Source: Candidatus Collierbacteria bacterium GW2011_GWB1_44_6 (GTDB lineage: Bacteria; Patescibacteriota; Microgenomatia; UBA1400; MFAQ01). Taken from it: a stretch of 64,000 nucleotides of DNA. The stretch covers positions 891 to 64,890 of the forward strand of contig LCJG01000002.1 of the NCBI GenBank assembly GCA_000998025.1. The letters run 5' to 3'. Position 1 is the stretch's first letter; each line of letters opens with the position of its first letter. Below are positions 18,671 to 28,372 of this stretch, piece by piece. The notes beneath the pieces are model-generated. The model saw only the letters and a program-made list of their open reading frames with translations, was not told the origin of the DNA and did not search any database. The position numbers and the translations under genes are program-made.

Positions 18671-20077
18671 CTAATATCGTTTCAGAAATTGGCCGGAGTC
18701 GACGTGGATGACGGTGCCGGAGGGAGTACTGATGGGGAGGTCTACAAAATATACCTGATAACTGCGATCGTGATAGAAAACCTTGAAAAAATCGGACTGG
18801 GATACTGCCAGCGCCACTTCTTTAGATTGGTTTTCTCCCCCTTTGTAGCCTTTTGGGTCGTTTACGAAGAGAAAAGAGGTGTTTAAGGGTGGAGAGGGAT
18901 ATATTTCTGCGAAGTAGGTGTAGACGAGGCGGGAAATCTTACCCCTATTTACTGCGTAAAACCTGGGGTACAAGAAAAACATCATACTGATATTTGTGAC
19001 TAGATAAACCGCAATAAGTGCCTTGGAAAGAAAGCTGGGTTTGGAAAGAAAAAATCCAAGCAGCAAGGAAGATCCAATCATGGGAAGTGATAAGGCATGT
19101 GTAAATTTGTGCCAGGGCATAAAGAGGACGGGTGCGAGGGAAACCACAAAGATGAAAAGACAGAAGAAAACCAGACGGTGTTTTTTGAATAGATCTCGAT
19201 AACTGACAATCAGAAAGGCGAAAAAGATTGTAAATAAAGAGCCCAGCTCGGCGAGGATGACTTTCCCCCACTGAGGAAAATCGGTATAGTAACGAGGGAT
19301 AATTCTTAAACCGGAACCGACATAATCGACCATGATCTCCGGAGTACCAAGGGCCCAAAGGACGTACCATAGGAGGGTGTTGGCCGCTTTCTTCAGAGAA
19401 AAGTCCCAGAGATAACTATCCCCCACCGCACCGCCAAAATACTTTAACCTGTAAAAGAGATATAAACCTACGACAAGTAAGTACGGAATTGTATTGGTGT
19501 AATTTTTTTTGCGAAGATAAAGAGTAAGAGCGATGAGAAGAAACGGCGTGACCACGGCTGTTTCCTTGGACAGCAGTGCCAGTGCAAAGTACAGCAGGAA
19601 AAGCCAATATCTTTTGTCTAAAAAAGTTAGCAGCGAAAGAATTACTAGCAGAGGTAGCAGAACATCTTGAAAAGCGGACAAGAAATAGATCCGGGCGAAG
19701 TTCGCCGCAGCTGTGCCATAAACAGTGACAGTGAGAAGAGCTTGAAGATGGTCAAATCCGATCTTCCGGGCGAGCCGGTATAGAAAATAGAGAGACAAAA
19801 GGAAGCAAGATAATACAAAAAAGTAGTAAGGAAAAGGATGAAGGCCGAAAAGCGCACCAAAGAGATTGAAAAATAGCTGTTGGGGCAGTGGTCTGAAGAA
19901 TGTAAGAGATTGAGGTGTGTGTGCGAGAAAAAAGTTGAAGAACTCAGGGAGGGAACTGATTTGAGAGGTCCGCATGACAGCCCAGTCGTCACCGGAGAAG
20001 TAGCCGAACAGCGAGGGCAGGAAAATAAAGCCGATGCCGAAGATGATGAGGAGTAGCTGTCGTTTTTCTTTTTTCAT
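18671..20077 (-). CDS. GT-C fold membrane glycosyltransferase
   Basis: YFSGDDW, FFRPL and LALLSKETA motifs; multi-TM. Confidence 0.72.
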   Translation of the reverse strand: MKKEKRQLLLIIFGIGFIFLPSLFGYFSGDDWAVMRTSQISSLPEFFNFFLAHTPQSLTFFRPLPQQLFFNLFGALFGLHPFPYYFFVLSCFLLSLYFLYRLARKIGFDHLQALLTVTVYGTAAANFARIYFLSAFQDVLLPLLVILSLLTFLDKRYWLFLLYFALALLSKETAVVTPFLLIALTLYLRKKNYTNTIPYLLVVGLYLFYRLKYFGGAVGDSYLWDFSLKKAANTLLWYVLWALGTPEIMVDYVGSGLRIIPRYYTDFPQWGKVILAELGSLFTIFFAFLIVSYRDLFKKHRLVFFCLFIFVVSLAPVLFMPWHKFTHALSLPMIGSSLLLGFFLSKPSFLSKALIAVYLVTNISMMFFLYPRFYAVNRGKISRLVYTYFAEIYPSPPLNTSFLFVNDPKGYKGGENQSKEVALAVSQSDFFKVFYHDRSYQVYFVDLPISTPSGTVIHVDSGQFLKRY

Positions 20078-20079
20078 AG

Positions 20080-21018
20080 CTAGGTGGTCTTGCGATAGAG
20101 TACGCCACGTGTCGCGCCGATTTTGTCTACATAGCCTCTTTTGACTAGCTGGGAGAGATCATAATGCAGAGTTTTCTGGTTTACAGATGGAAACCGGCGC
20201 CGGATCATGTCAAAAGTACAGAGTGGGTGATCGGAAATAATGTTTAATATTTCCCCCCGTCTAGGCATTAATAGGTCTTCCCTTTTTTCTTCTTTTCCGG
20301 AAATAGAAATGATTATTTCTCCGATCTCACCAGTCAAAGCTTCGAGAAAATACCTGATGAATTCCGTAACGTCACAAGAACTCTCAAGGGTACGGTAATA
20401 GTCCGACCGGTGAGTTTCTATATATTTTTCAAAAGGTATCAATCCTCTAAAACCATATCCTTTTTGTGTTAGAACTAAAGCCGAGATAAGCCTGCCGACT
20501 CTTCCATTACCATCCGCAAAGGGGTGAATTTTTTCGAATATGAATTGAGCAATGGCGGAAGTTACCGCTGGATGTTCTTTGAGACCAGCAATATAATCCA
20601 CATATTCATTCATAAGTTTCGGTAATTCAAAATGCATAGGTGCCAGATAAACGGCATTACCGGACTTATCAAATATGGCCCAAGGTTCTGATCTGTAGTT
20701 GCCCGCATTGTCAGAGATGTCTCTCATTACCAATCTATGGAGTTCTTTAATCTCCACAATGTCCAGATGGTGAATTTTATCGGAATGAACCCGATTGTAT
20801 GCAGACAGCAGATTTTGACTGGCTTTTTTGGGGGCTGATTCTTCTTCTATTAGTCCTTCAATGCGAGCGGAGTAGACCGCACTCCTGAGTAAAGATCTTT
20901 TTCTGAGTGCTAACTCCAGATGAGGCAAGCTTCTCGTGCTGTCGAGGGAGATTTTCTGAGCTTCAAGTTTGATGAGTAGCTGGTTTATCTCCGGAGTTAT
21001 CTGCCATTCGTATTTCAT
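20080..21018 (-). CDS. Fic-domain protein (class II) with C-terminal winged HTH
   Basis: Canonical HPFADGNGRVGR motif, N-terminal inhibitory SARIEG motif, C-terminal TLHYDLSQLVKRGYV..G..RG..Y. Confidence 0.92.
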   Translation of the reverse strand: MKYEWQITPEINQLLIKLEAQKISLDSTRSLPHLELALRKRSLLRSAVYSARIEGLIEEESAPKKASQNLLSAYNRVHSDKIHHLDIVEIKELHRLVMRDISDNAGNYRSEPWAIFDKSGNAVYLAPMHFELPKLMNEYVDYIAGLKEHPAVTSAIAQFIFEKIHPFADGNGRVGRLISALVLTQKGYGFRGLIPFEKYIETHRSDYYRTLESSCDVTEFIRYFLEALTGEIGEIIISISGKEEKREDLLMPRRGEILNIISDHPLCTFDMIRRRFPSVNQKTLHYDLSQLVKRGYVDKIGATRGVLYRKTT

Positions 21019-21020
21019 TA

Positions 21021-21070
21021 GATAATATTAGTATATATTAGAAGATGTTGGAAGATATTAGTAAATGTTA
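21021..21070. repeat. Five phased degenerate 10-bp direct repeats upstream of the fic gene (putative operator)
   Basis: gataatatta|gtatatatta|gaagatgttg|gaagatatta|gtaaatgtta fills the intergenic space. Confidence 0.6.
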
Positions 21071-21871
21071 GGAGAAATATCCCGAGATTAAGTTTGGTAG
21101 CGCTAGGGGGTATTCTTTAAGTACTCTCATTTTTATCCGAAACATGCTTACCAAATTTAAAGGGAAAGAGACGTGGCGGGCTATCATTCGGCCATAGATC
21201 CAGTAGTAGTTCTTGAACCATTTATCCCTTGGCATTCTAGTACCCCCCGAAGAGGCCCGGTGATGGTAGACTAGTGCGTCTGGGGAAAAAATCATTCTGC
21301 CGAGCTTGGTGACTCGCAAACCGAGATCTGTCTCCTCAAACCCGGGTGGTGGGATCTTTTCATCGAATCCTCTCAGTTTTTCCAAAATACTTCTGCGAAA
21401 AGACATGTTGCAACCATAGGGAAATTGAACAAATTGTCTTCTGGTTCCCCAAAAATTCATCGTGAAGGAGGCTAGATATTTATCTGTTTTGCCAGTGACC
21501 GCATCGGTATCTTGAGGCATTTTTTCCCCATCATTGATTACCCTACCGGCGACTCCCAGAATTTTTTTGTCTGCATATTCTGCCAGGTGAGCTTTGATTG
21601 TTTTTGGGGTGATCTCGACATCGTCATCGAAGAAAAAGACAATCTCACCAGTGACTCTGGCGAGTCCGATGTTTTTAGCGATGGAAGTATTTGCTTTGGA
21701 GTTTTCAATATAAACGACATCCAATTTTTTTATCTCTTTTGGATCTTCTTTCTTATCACTTTGGTCAACGATAATTATTTCAGCACCAGGTTCAAACTTC
21801 CGGATTTGTTTAGCTAGACCCAAAGCTAGCCCTGGTCGATTGTAGGTGGGAATAACAACTGAGATTTTCAT
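21068..21871 (-). CDS. GT2 family glycosyltransferase
   Basis: SVVIPTYNR, VDQS, FFDDD, GCNMSFRR and FEETD motifs. Confidence 0.9.
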   Translation of the reverse strand: MKISVVIPTYNRPGLALGLAKQIRKFEPGAEIIIVDQSDKKEDPKEIKKLDVVYIENSKANTSIAKNIGLARVTGEIVFFFDDDVEITPKTIKAHLAEYADKKILGVAGRVINDGEKMPQDTDAVTGKTDKYLASFTMNFWGTRRQFVQFPYGCNMSFRRSILEKLRGFDEKIPPPGFEETDLGLRVTKLGRMIFSPDALVYHHRASSGGTRMPRDKWFKNYYWIYGRMIARHVSFPLNLVSMFRIKMRVLKEYPLALPNLISGYFS

Positions 21872-23358
21872 TTTGACTTTTTCTCATCGAAGCCCCAGGA
21901 ATAGAGTTCTAATGGCCACTTTTCTTCCTGAGCGACAGCCATAGACTCGACCCTGAACTCCAATTTTAAGTTTTTCTTGATATAGCCCTTGACGTCATCC
22001 GGCATTAGACTTTGCCAGTCTTCGATAATTACTAGCCCACGGGGATATTTTTCTTGTTCTTGAAGAAAATATTCCTGACTAGGATAAATCATGACCGAAT
22101 AATAGTCGTGTTGGAATGGGGGTAGGTTAGTTTTCATAAATATGGCCGAAGGTAGGTGGAAGGTATACCAGGAACCATGATCAAAACCATTGGTGAAATA
22201 CGGAATATTATCAAAATCCGGAAATTGCTCGTATATTTTTTTATAAAATACTTTGTAGTCGGCATTTTGGACATCGGCAAAAAAATCGGCGTTTGGGGTA
22301 TAGTAGACTGCTGGTTTGCGGACTACTTTATAACCTCCGGCATAGATCAATAAAGCTACAAAAAGACAGACTACAGCGGAACCTTTATACAGCGAGAAGC
22401 TTACCTTTGTCCAAAATATTCCAAACTTAACAATGAGCAAACCAATTAAGGGTAATAGGTAGCGAAGATTTTTGCTTTCCTGAAAAAAGAGCCACATGAT
22501 CAAAACTGGAAGTGTTGAAAGCGCCAAACTTAATATGGATTTTTTATCTTTTATCAAGGCGAGCCCGAATATCGCCGGAAGTGTCAAAAAGGCATATTGC
22601 CTCCAGAAAAACTCTCTTAGGTAGGTAAAGTTATTTACTGTGGGTCTAAAAAACAGCGAAATAATGACACCAAGATCGAACAGGTAGAAAGCGATGAACG
22701 TCAGTCCTAGAACCAGGGAAAAGATATATATCGTGGGTAACTTTTTTAACCACGAGTAAAACCCGGGAAGTGTATAAGTAAGATAAAAAACTAAACAAAT
22801 AATCCCCAAAGGGTGATAGAAGATGGCAATAGAAGCACCTGCCAGGATGACAGCGTGGATCAATAATTTTTGCTTCATCTTTACAGTTTCCGAGAGCGTA
22901 AGACTTCCGTAGATGGTAAGTAGGTAGAGGGTTTGGATGGCAGCGTATGGCTTTGCCTGAGTTGAATTTGCAAGATTTAGTTGTAAGAACGTATACAAGA
23001 AAGCTGCCAATAGACCCCCTCCATGATTGGAGAACTTTTTGGCTACAAGATAGGAAGTGGCTATTCCGGCAGTACCCCACAAGACACTTGGCAACCTGGC
23101 CGCCCATTCCGAGATCCCAAACAGGCTAAACGAACCGAGAACGGTAATTATTTGAAAAAACTGATAACGTAGAGCTGAAAGCCCCTGCGATAAAGACGTC
23201 TTTCCAAGGAAAATATCTTTGGCAATGCCGGATACATATGCTTCGTCCGACCAGAAGGAATGATTCGTACTGATACCTTTTAGTCTAAAAACAAGTCCGG
23301 CTAATAGCAGTGTTCCCAGGGTAATGGAGGGTAAGTACCTTTTTATTTGTAGAAACAT
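21868..23358 (-). CDS. GT39/ArnT-like GT-C membrane glycosyltransferase
   Basis: SFWSDEA, FGISEWAARLPS and LRYLLP motifs; multi-TM. Confidence 0.85.
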   Translation of the reverse strand: MFLQIKRYLPSITLGTLLLAGLVFRLKGISTNHSFWSDEAYVSGIAKDIFLGKTSLSQGLSALRYQFFQIITVLGSFSLFGISEWAARLPSVLWGTAGIATSYLVAKKFSNHGGGLLAAFLYTFLQLNLANSTQAKPYAAIQTLYLLTIYGSLTLSETVKMKQKLLIHAVILAGASIAIFYHPLGIICLVFYLTYTLPGFYSWLKKLPTIYIFSLVLGLTFIAFYLFDLGVIISLFFRPTVNNFTYLREFFWRQYAFLTLPAIFGLALIKDKKSILSLALSTLPVLIMWLFFQESKNLRYLLPLIGLLIVKFGIFWTKVSFSLYKGSAVVCLFVALLIYAGGYKVVRKPAVYYTPNADFFADVQNADYKVFYKKIYEQFPDFDNIPYFTNGFDHGSWYTFHLPSAIFMKTNLPPFQHDYYSVMIYPSQEYFLQEQEKYPRGLVIIEDWQSLMPDDVKGYIKKNLKLEFRVESMAVAQEEKWPLELYSWGFDEKKSK

Positions 23359-23375
23359 TCTATTGGGCTTGAATT

Positions 23376-25490
23376 TTAGTTTTTAAAAATGATTTCTTCG
23401 ACCTGTAATTCATGTGGGATAAGCCACCATGCTAATCCAATGTTTGGACCGATATCCAGTTTAATCAGCACGACTTCTTTGGGGCTGCCAAGGCCGATAT
23501 TTACTGCCTGGGTCTGTCGTCTTGCCAAAATATTTGTGGTTGTGGTCAAGTATGTTTGGCCGTCTTTTTCCTTACTAATGACCGTAAGAGTGAGATAGAA
23601 TCTGCTTAGATGTTTCGCTAACAAACTCCCCTTAAGATTTAATTTTACTGAGATCTCCGAGGCAGTCACCGACTGATTCATTTTTAATGCCCATGAGGCC
23701 TGATTCCGAATAATCCGATACTTACCCTGCCCGGTATCTACCAAATATCGACCAATGATCTCACCTTCTTCGCCAGGTTTCCATGATGCTACCAAGGTGT
23801 TATGTTTTACTACTACAGGAATCAATCGCGGTTTCATAATGACAGCGACATTATTTTTTAGCGCAGGTTCATAATTTTCTAGAATATATTTTTCAACTTC
23901 ATTTCCAAGCCCAGAGAATAGAGGCCCATCTTCGCAGCAGAAAGAGTAAAAATTTTCCATATTTTTTCCGTAGAGGACAGAACCTAAGTTATTTAGCAGG
24001 TTTATAACAACTAACTTTGGTTTTTTATCCGAAAGTTCACTGACCGTTTTCGTCACAAACTTGTCACCGGCAAAAAATTGAAATGCTGTAGGGATGGAGT
24101 TGGGAGATGTTCTACCTGTTATCTGATTGTGAGGACCCCACGGGTAGGTATAAATAAAGTCTGACTTATCTGTATTTTTTTCAACATAGGTTGAAATTTC
24201 TTTATAGCCTATCACCAAATCTTTCCGGAGATACCACCCGGCGGGAGGATAGTACTCCTCGGCAAAAGTAATCTTGCTTGGCTCAACTATTTTTGTGCCA
24301 AAAATTTTAATTATTGTACCGGTGTTTTCGGTTAATATGGTCCATATTATAAAAATTACAACACATAGGTATAGGAGTGCTTTAATTATTCGATTACTCG
24401 AGTGACGGATCAGGTTCCGGATGTCTTCCCAAATTAGAATAAGGATTAGAAAGAGGGGTACTAATCCATAAGTGAAGTAACCTGTGCAGGGAGTATCAAG
24501 AGTTCTAACGAATGCCAATAGACCATAAATTGTTAAGCCGAGAATAACCAAATTCTTCGTAAGTTTTTTATTTTTATAGAAAGCCAGAGATATTAAGATA
24601 AGACACGCAAGATAGGCAATAAATACTAGATAGAAGTTCAGTTTCTGTAAGTACTCGACCGGAATACTAAAGATGAGCAATTTGGAGTTTTTTGACAAGC
24701 TTTCGATATCGGCAATTCTGGGAAAGCCTTCACCACAAGGAGAAGAGTGATAGAAGTTGTTGATGCCCATAAAGGTGTACTCCCAATAGTTTCTAAGTAC
24801 ACCTTTGAGCGATATCCATAAAAAGAAGGGGGTTAACACCAGCAATTGGCCAGGCAAAAAAGTCGTTATCACTGGTCTTATTATTCTGGTGTCAGAGAAA
24901 ATGCTAATAAACGCAAGACATACCACGGTAATGTTTAGTGATAGGCCGTATTCGGAACTCGATAGCAGAGAAAGGCCAGCAACAACACCAGCCCAGAATA
25001 AGTTTGATCTTTTGCGCTCCAGAAGATAGAGCATGATGAGTGACAATGACAGCTCGGCAATTAGATGTCTTGGCGAGGTATATATACTATTTACCGCAAA
25101 CAGCAAACAGAGAAAAAGAAAAACGATGATTAAATTATTTTTCCTTAGGACATTTTTGGCAACAAAATAACTGAGCGTCACTGCCAATAAAGGGAGGTAT
25201 AAGAATTCGATAATCAACATAGCCATAAAGCTACGTCCAAAAAGCAAATACACTGGTGACTGAATCAACAAGTAGACCCAACCATAACTTCCAAAATTAA
25301 AATAATCCCTAAAAGGCATCTTTAGATTTACAAAGTCGTCGAGTAGCCTCCAGTGATGCTGTGTATCTGCGTAACCAAACATAACTGAGATTTGATCAAG
25401 TGAGAATTTGAAATTTCTGTAGATAAACAGAAGATACCCAATCAGAAGTAAGGTGAATAGTATTATTGTTAAAGGCTTTCTTTTATTCAT
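23376..25490 (-). CDS. Large multi-TM membrane protein, probable GT-C glycosyltransferase
   Basis: PFRDYF..YG loop, about 12 TM helices and a soluble C-terminal domain. Confidence 0.6.
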   Translation of the reverse strand: MNKRKPLTIILFTLLLIGYLLFIYRNFKFSLDQISVMFGYADTQHHWRLLDDFVNLKMPFRDYFNFGSYGWVYLLIQSPVYLLFGRSFMAMLIIEFLYLPLLAVTLSYFVAKNVLRKNNLIIVFLFLCLLFAVNSIYTSPRHLIAELSLSLIMLYLLERKRSNLFWAGVVAGLSLLSSSEYGLSLNITVVCLAFISIFSDTRIIRPVITTFLPGQLLVLTPFFLWISLKGVLRNYWEYTFMGINNFYHSSPCGEGFPRIADIESLSKNSKLLIFSIPVEYLQKLNFYLVFIAYLACLILISLAFYKNKKLTKNLVILGLTIYGLLAFVRTLDTPCTGYFTYGLVPLFLILILIWEDIRNLIRHSSNRIIKALLYLCVVIFIIWTILTENTGTIIKIFGTKIVEPSKITFAEEYYPPAGWYLRKDLVIGYKEISTYVEKNTDKSDFIYTYPWGPHNQITGRTSPNSIPTAFQFFAGDKFVTKTVSELSDKKPKLVVINLLNNLGSVLYGKNMENFYSFCCEDGPLFSGLGNEVEKYILENYEPALKNNVAVIMKPRLIPVVVKHNTLVASWKPGEEGEIIGRYLVDTGQGKYRIIRNQASWALKMNQSVTASEISVKLNLKGSLLAKHLSRFYLTLTVISKEKDGQTYLTTTTNILARRQTQAVNIGLGSPKEVVLIKLDIGPNIGLAWWLIPHELQVEEIIFKN

Positions 25491-26041
25491 TTCCTTTTCT
25501 TTATATACTTTGCGGGAGATCCGGCAACTACAGTATATGGTAATACATCTCTGTTTATTACCGAGTTAGCACCGATGACTACTCCATCACCAATTTTTGT
25601 TCCTGAGAGAATGGTCGTCCCGTTTCCTATCCAAACGTCACTTCCAATTATGATCTTTTTTCTTTCCTTTCCCTGCTTCTTAATGAGGATATTTTTGTCT
25701 AAGTAGTTATGAGTGAAAGAAACGATTGAAGTGTGGGGGGCTATCCTGACATAGTCTCCAATCTCAATCCCACCATCTCCATCCAGAACACAGTACTCAC
25801 TAATACCGACATGATTTCCGATGCTTATTCTTTCGGGAAACTTGAAAATCGCTCCCTCCCTTACGGTTAGACCACGGCCTGCCTTCTTAAAAAACGGCGG
25901 CAGGCATATCATCCTTAAACCGACGCCGATGCTACTTGGAACTCCTCTGAGGATGCCTAGAAACAAGTCTCTCAAGGTATACTTAAAGACAAAGTCAAAT
26001 AGACTAATCTTTTCGTTAATTAGAATTATTTTTTCGAACAT
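25487..26041 (-). CDS. Hexapeptide-repeat sugar O-acyltransferase
   Basis: IGSDVWIG, IGDGVVIGANSV and AGSPAK motifs. ATG 26041 preferred over the upstream TTG. Confidence 0.9.
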   Translation of the reverse strand: MFEKIILINEKISLFDFVFKYTLRDLFLGILRGVPSSIGVGLRMICLPPFFKKAGRGLTVREGAIFKFPERISIGNHVGISEYCVLDGDGGIEIGDYVRIAPHTSIVSFTHNYLDKNILIKKQGKERKKIIIGSDVWIGNGTTILSGTKIGDGVVIGANSVINRDVLPYTVVAGSPAKYIKKRK

Positions 26042-26774
26042 TTTTCTGAGCGATGACAATTAGGCTTAAACCGATGGGCAACATGTTAATTCTACCCTCT
26101 ATAGTGAGCCAAATATAGAGAAAACTATTGACTATCCTTGTCATGAATCTCTTTTTGCCTGATCTTGCCGGCCCAGTGAGTTCTTTATTCAATATTTTTT
26201 CGCTAATAAGGTATGGCAAAACTCCAATAAGGTTCCAAAACCGGGAGCTTTTTATAGTGAAGCCACTTGCAGTTATTTTTTCTTCGAGATCCTTTTTTTC
26301 ATATCTCCGATAGTGACCGTAATGTTTATCTCTTTTACCGTACAATAATGGACAGGCGGGCACGCTAACAAATAACGTACCCTTACTCTTTAAGAGAAAG
26401 TAACAGCCATTAAAGAACTCTCTGTCATTTTTCAAATGTTCAGCCACATCACAGGCAGTTACCAAATCAAAATCATTAACGGTAAGATTAGGCTTGGTAG
26501 CATCCATTTTTATTACTTTTAGATTGTGGATGTTTTTTGCCTTTGACTTAAGTTTCTTGACTACTTTCATCGAGTTGTCGGTAGCGTAGACTACATTGGC
26601 TTTCTTGCTTAGAGCAATTGCCATTTCACCGTTGCCTGACCCTACATCAAGTATTTTGGCACCCTGTTTTACCGGAACGAGGTTAAGTAATGTCTTGAGC
26701 CGATAGTCGTTACTGAAATTTGTTAGTTGGAAATCCTCTACGTGATCTTGCGTTATGTCCCCAAGCCTTACCAT
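26016..26774 (-). CDS. Class I SAM-dependent methyltransferase
   Basis: ILDVGSGNG, DVAEH and GHYRRY motifs. Confidence 0.88.
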   Translation of the reverse strand: MVRLGDITQDHVEDFQLTNFSNDYRLKTLLNLVPVKQGAKILDVGSGNGEMAIALSKKANVVYATDNSMKVVKKLKSKAKNIHNLKVIKMDATKPNLTVNDFDLVTACDVAEHLKNDREFFNGCYFLLKSKGTLFVSVPACPLLYGKRDKHYGHYRRYEKKDLEEKITASGFTIKSSRFWNLIGVLPYLISEKILNKELTGPARSGKKRFMTRIVNSFLYIWLTIEGRINMLPIGLSLIVIAQKNVRKNNSN

Positions 26775-28372
26775 TTGAAGTTGTATTTGAAAAGCACCTT
26801 GTTAGATGGAGGACGGTCCATGGGAACAACTTGGACCAAACCAGACTTCGTAATTTCCGGACTGGTACGGAAAATTACTCTTTCGTCCGACCAATCAATT
26901 ACATACACTCCCTGCTCCACTCCATCAATTAGTATTTTACCGACAAAGGGTTTGCCGCGGAAATTTTTTCCGTAGACACTCACATCGGCCCACGCTTCGT
27001 TGGTTTCATTAGGTGAAATGTGGGTAATGCGGCTCTTGTTTTCAAAGTCAAGAGATTTGCGCATGATACTTCCCGAAAAAAGATAAAACAAGGAAACAAG
27101 AATAAATAAAATGGCAATCTTTCTTTGTGAGAGTTTGTTGAGGTAAAAGTAACCAGCGACAAAAAGAATAAATAAAAGTATTTCCGGTAGGAGCAAAGTA
27201 TTGACAAATATCCGTAGATAATCTGATGGATAAAATGCTTTAAAAACGTCTATTTTGTCAATAATTCTAGTTATGGAAAGAATTAGGATAACTAGAATGC
27301 TTATTTGAGGAAGCGATTTGATGAACAGATTAAGAAATTTTTTGTATCTGACTGTGGAAATTGGTTTGTGAGTTGGTAACTTTTTCACCTTTGCAAAGTT
27401 TTGAAAGAAAGACGTTATTTGCATTTCTTCCCCTACAGAATAGCTTCTTCTGAACAGAGTCGTCAGCGCAGATACCAGAAATATGAAACCATACACAATT
27501 GATTTTTCTGTTGGAATTGTTAGATCCCAGAAAGTTAGACCTATGGTCAGAATAAAGAAGACAGATGCTATGGCAGCGTTAATTCTGCTTTCAAACCTGA
27601 AACGGTAAGCTGTCATACTCCAAAAAAGGAATATCGCTAGCAGAAAAAAGTCGTAGCTTTCTTGGATAACAAAAATGTCGAGTAGACACAAACCAAGGGT
27701 CAAACCAACGTAATAACGGTAGTCAAATTCACTAAGTAGGTGGTATGAGATAAATAGAATTAGAGGTAGGAAGAAAAACAATATCTTGAGACCCATGCCG
27801 GACTCACTTAGTAAATTGTCAATTTTTGAAGCAATGAAGTATTGGAGATGTTTTCTGTTTTGAAGCAACGATAAGCCCGAAAACTCTGACTTTACGATAA
27901 AGGTAGTTTTGGCTTGATCGACGATAATTCCGCTACCGGTACTGCCGGAAACGGACTCCAGTTCAAATTGAAAATTTTTGTTTTTAGAAAAAGCCAGTGT
28001 TGGGAAGTTAAAGCTGTTTAGCTCATGAGAGGAAAAATCTTTAGTGTCGAACGTTTTCTGATATATCCATCCATCATAAGACTCTTGTTTAAGTCGGAAG
28101 ATAAGTTTGTCGCTACTAGGATAAAGTCTGTAAAACCGTACATGGATTGAGTTCAAGTAGTTATATTTTGACAAGAAACTTCCTTTTACAATATCTCCTT
28201 GCAACAACTCACTATCCCGGGGAATTACCAGTTGCTCTGGTTTTCCTTTCAAATAAAGACTTAGAAATCCATTGTCTTCTTTTTCTAGAAAATATACTGT
28301 TGAGACAATGCCAGTAAAAAAGAAGAGAGCAGAAACTACAAATATGTTTTTAAAAATAAAATTGAATTTCAC
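26768..28372 (-). CDS. Multi-TM membrane protein with an N-terminal beta domain and a C-terminal IPT/TIG-like domain
   Basis: C-terminus RITHISP..VSVYGKNF..WSDERVIF..SGLVQV..SN is IPT/TIG-like. Start placed at GTG 28372 (GTGA overlap with the upstream stop). Confidence 0.65.
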   Translation of the reverse strand: MKFNFIFKNIFVVSALFFFTGIVSTVYFLEKEDNGFLSLYLKGKPEQLVIPRDSELLQGDIVKGSFLSKYNYLNSIHVRFYRLYPSSDKLIFRLKQESYDGWIYQKTFDTKDFSSHELNSFNFPTLAFSKNKNFQFELESVSGSTGSGIIVDQAKTTFIVKSEFSGLSLLQNRKHLQYFIASKIDNLLSESGMGLKILFFFLPLILFISYHLLSEFDYRYYVGLTLGLCLLDIFVIQESYDFFLLAIFLFWSMTAYRFRFESRINAAIASVFFILTIGLTFWDLTIPTEKSIVYGFIFLVSALTTLFRRSYSVGEEMQITSFFQNFAKVKKLPTHKPISTVRYKKFLNLFIKSLPQISILVILILSITRIIDKIDVFKAFYPSDYLRIFVNTLLLPEILLFILFVAGYFYLNKLSQRKIAILFILVSLFYLFSGSIMRKSLDFENKSRITHISPNETNEAWADVSVYGKNFRGKPFVGKILIDGVEQGVYVIDWSDERVIFRTSPEITKSGLVQVVPMDRPPSNKVLFKYNFKW

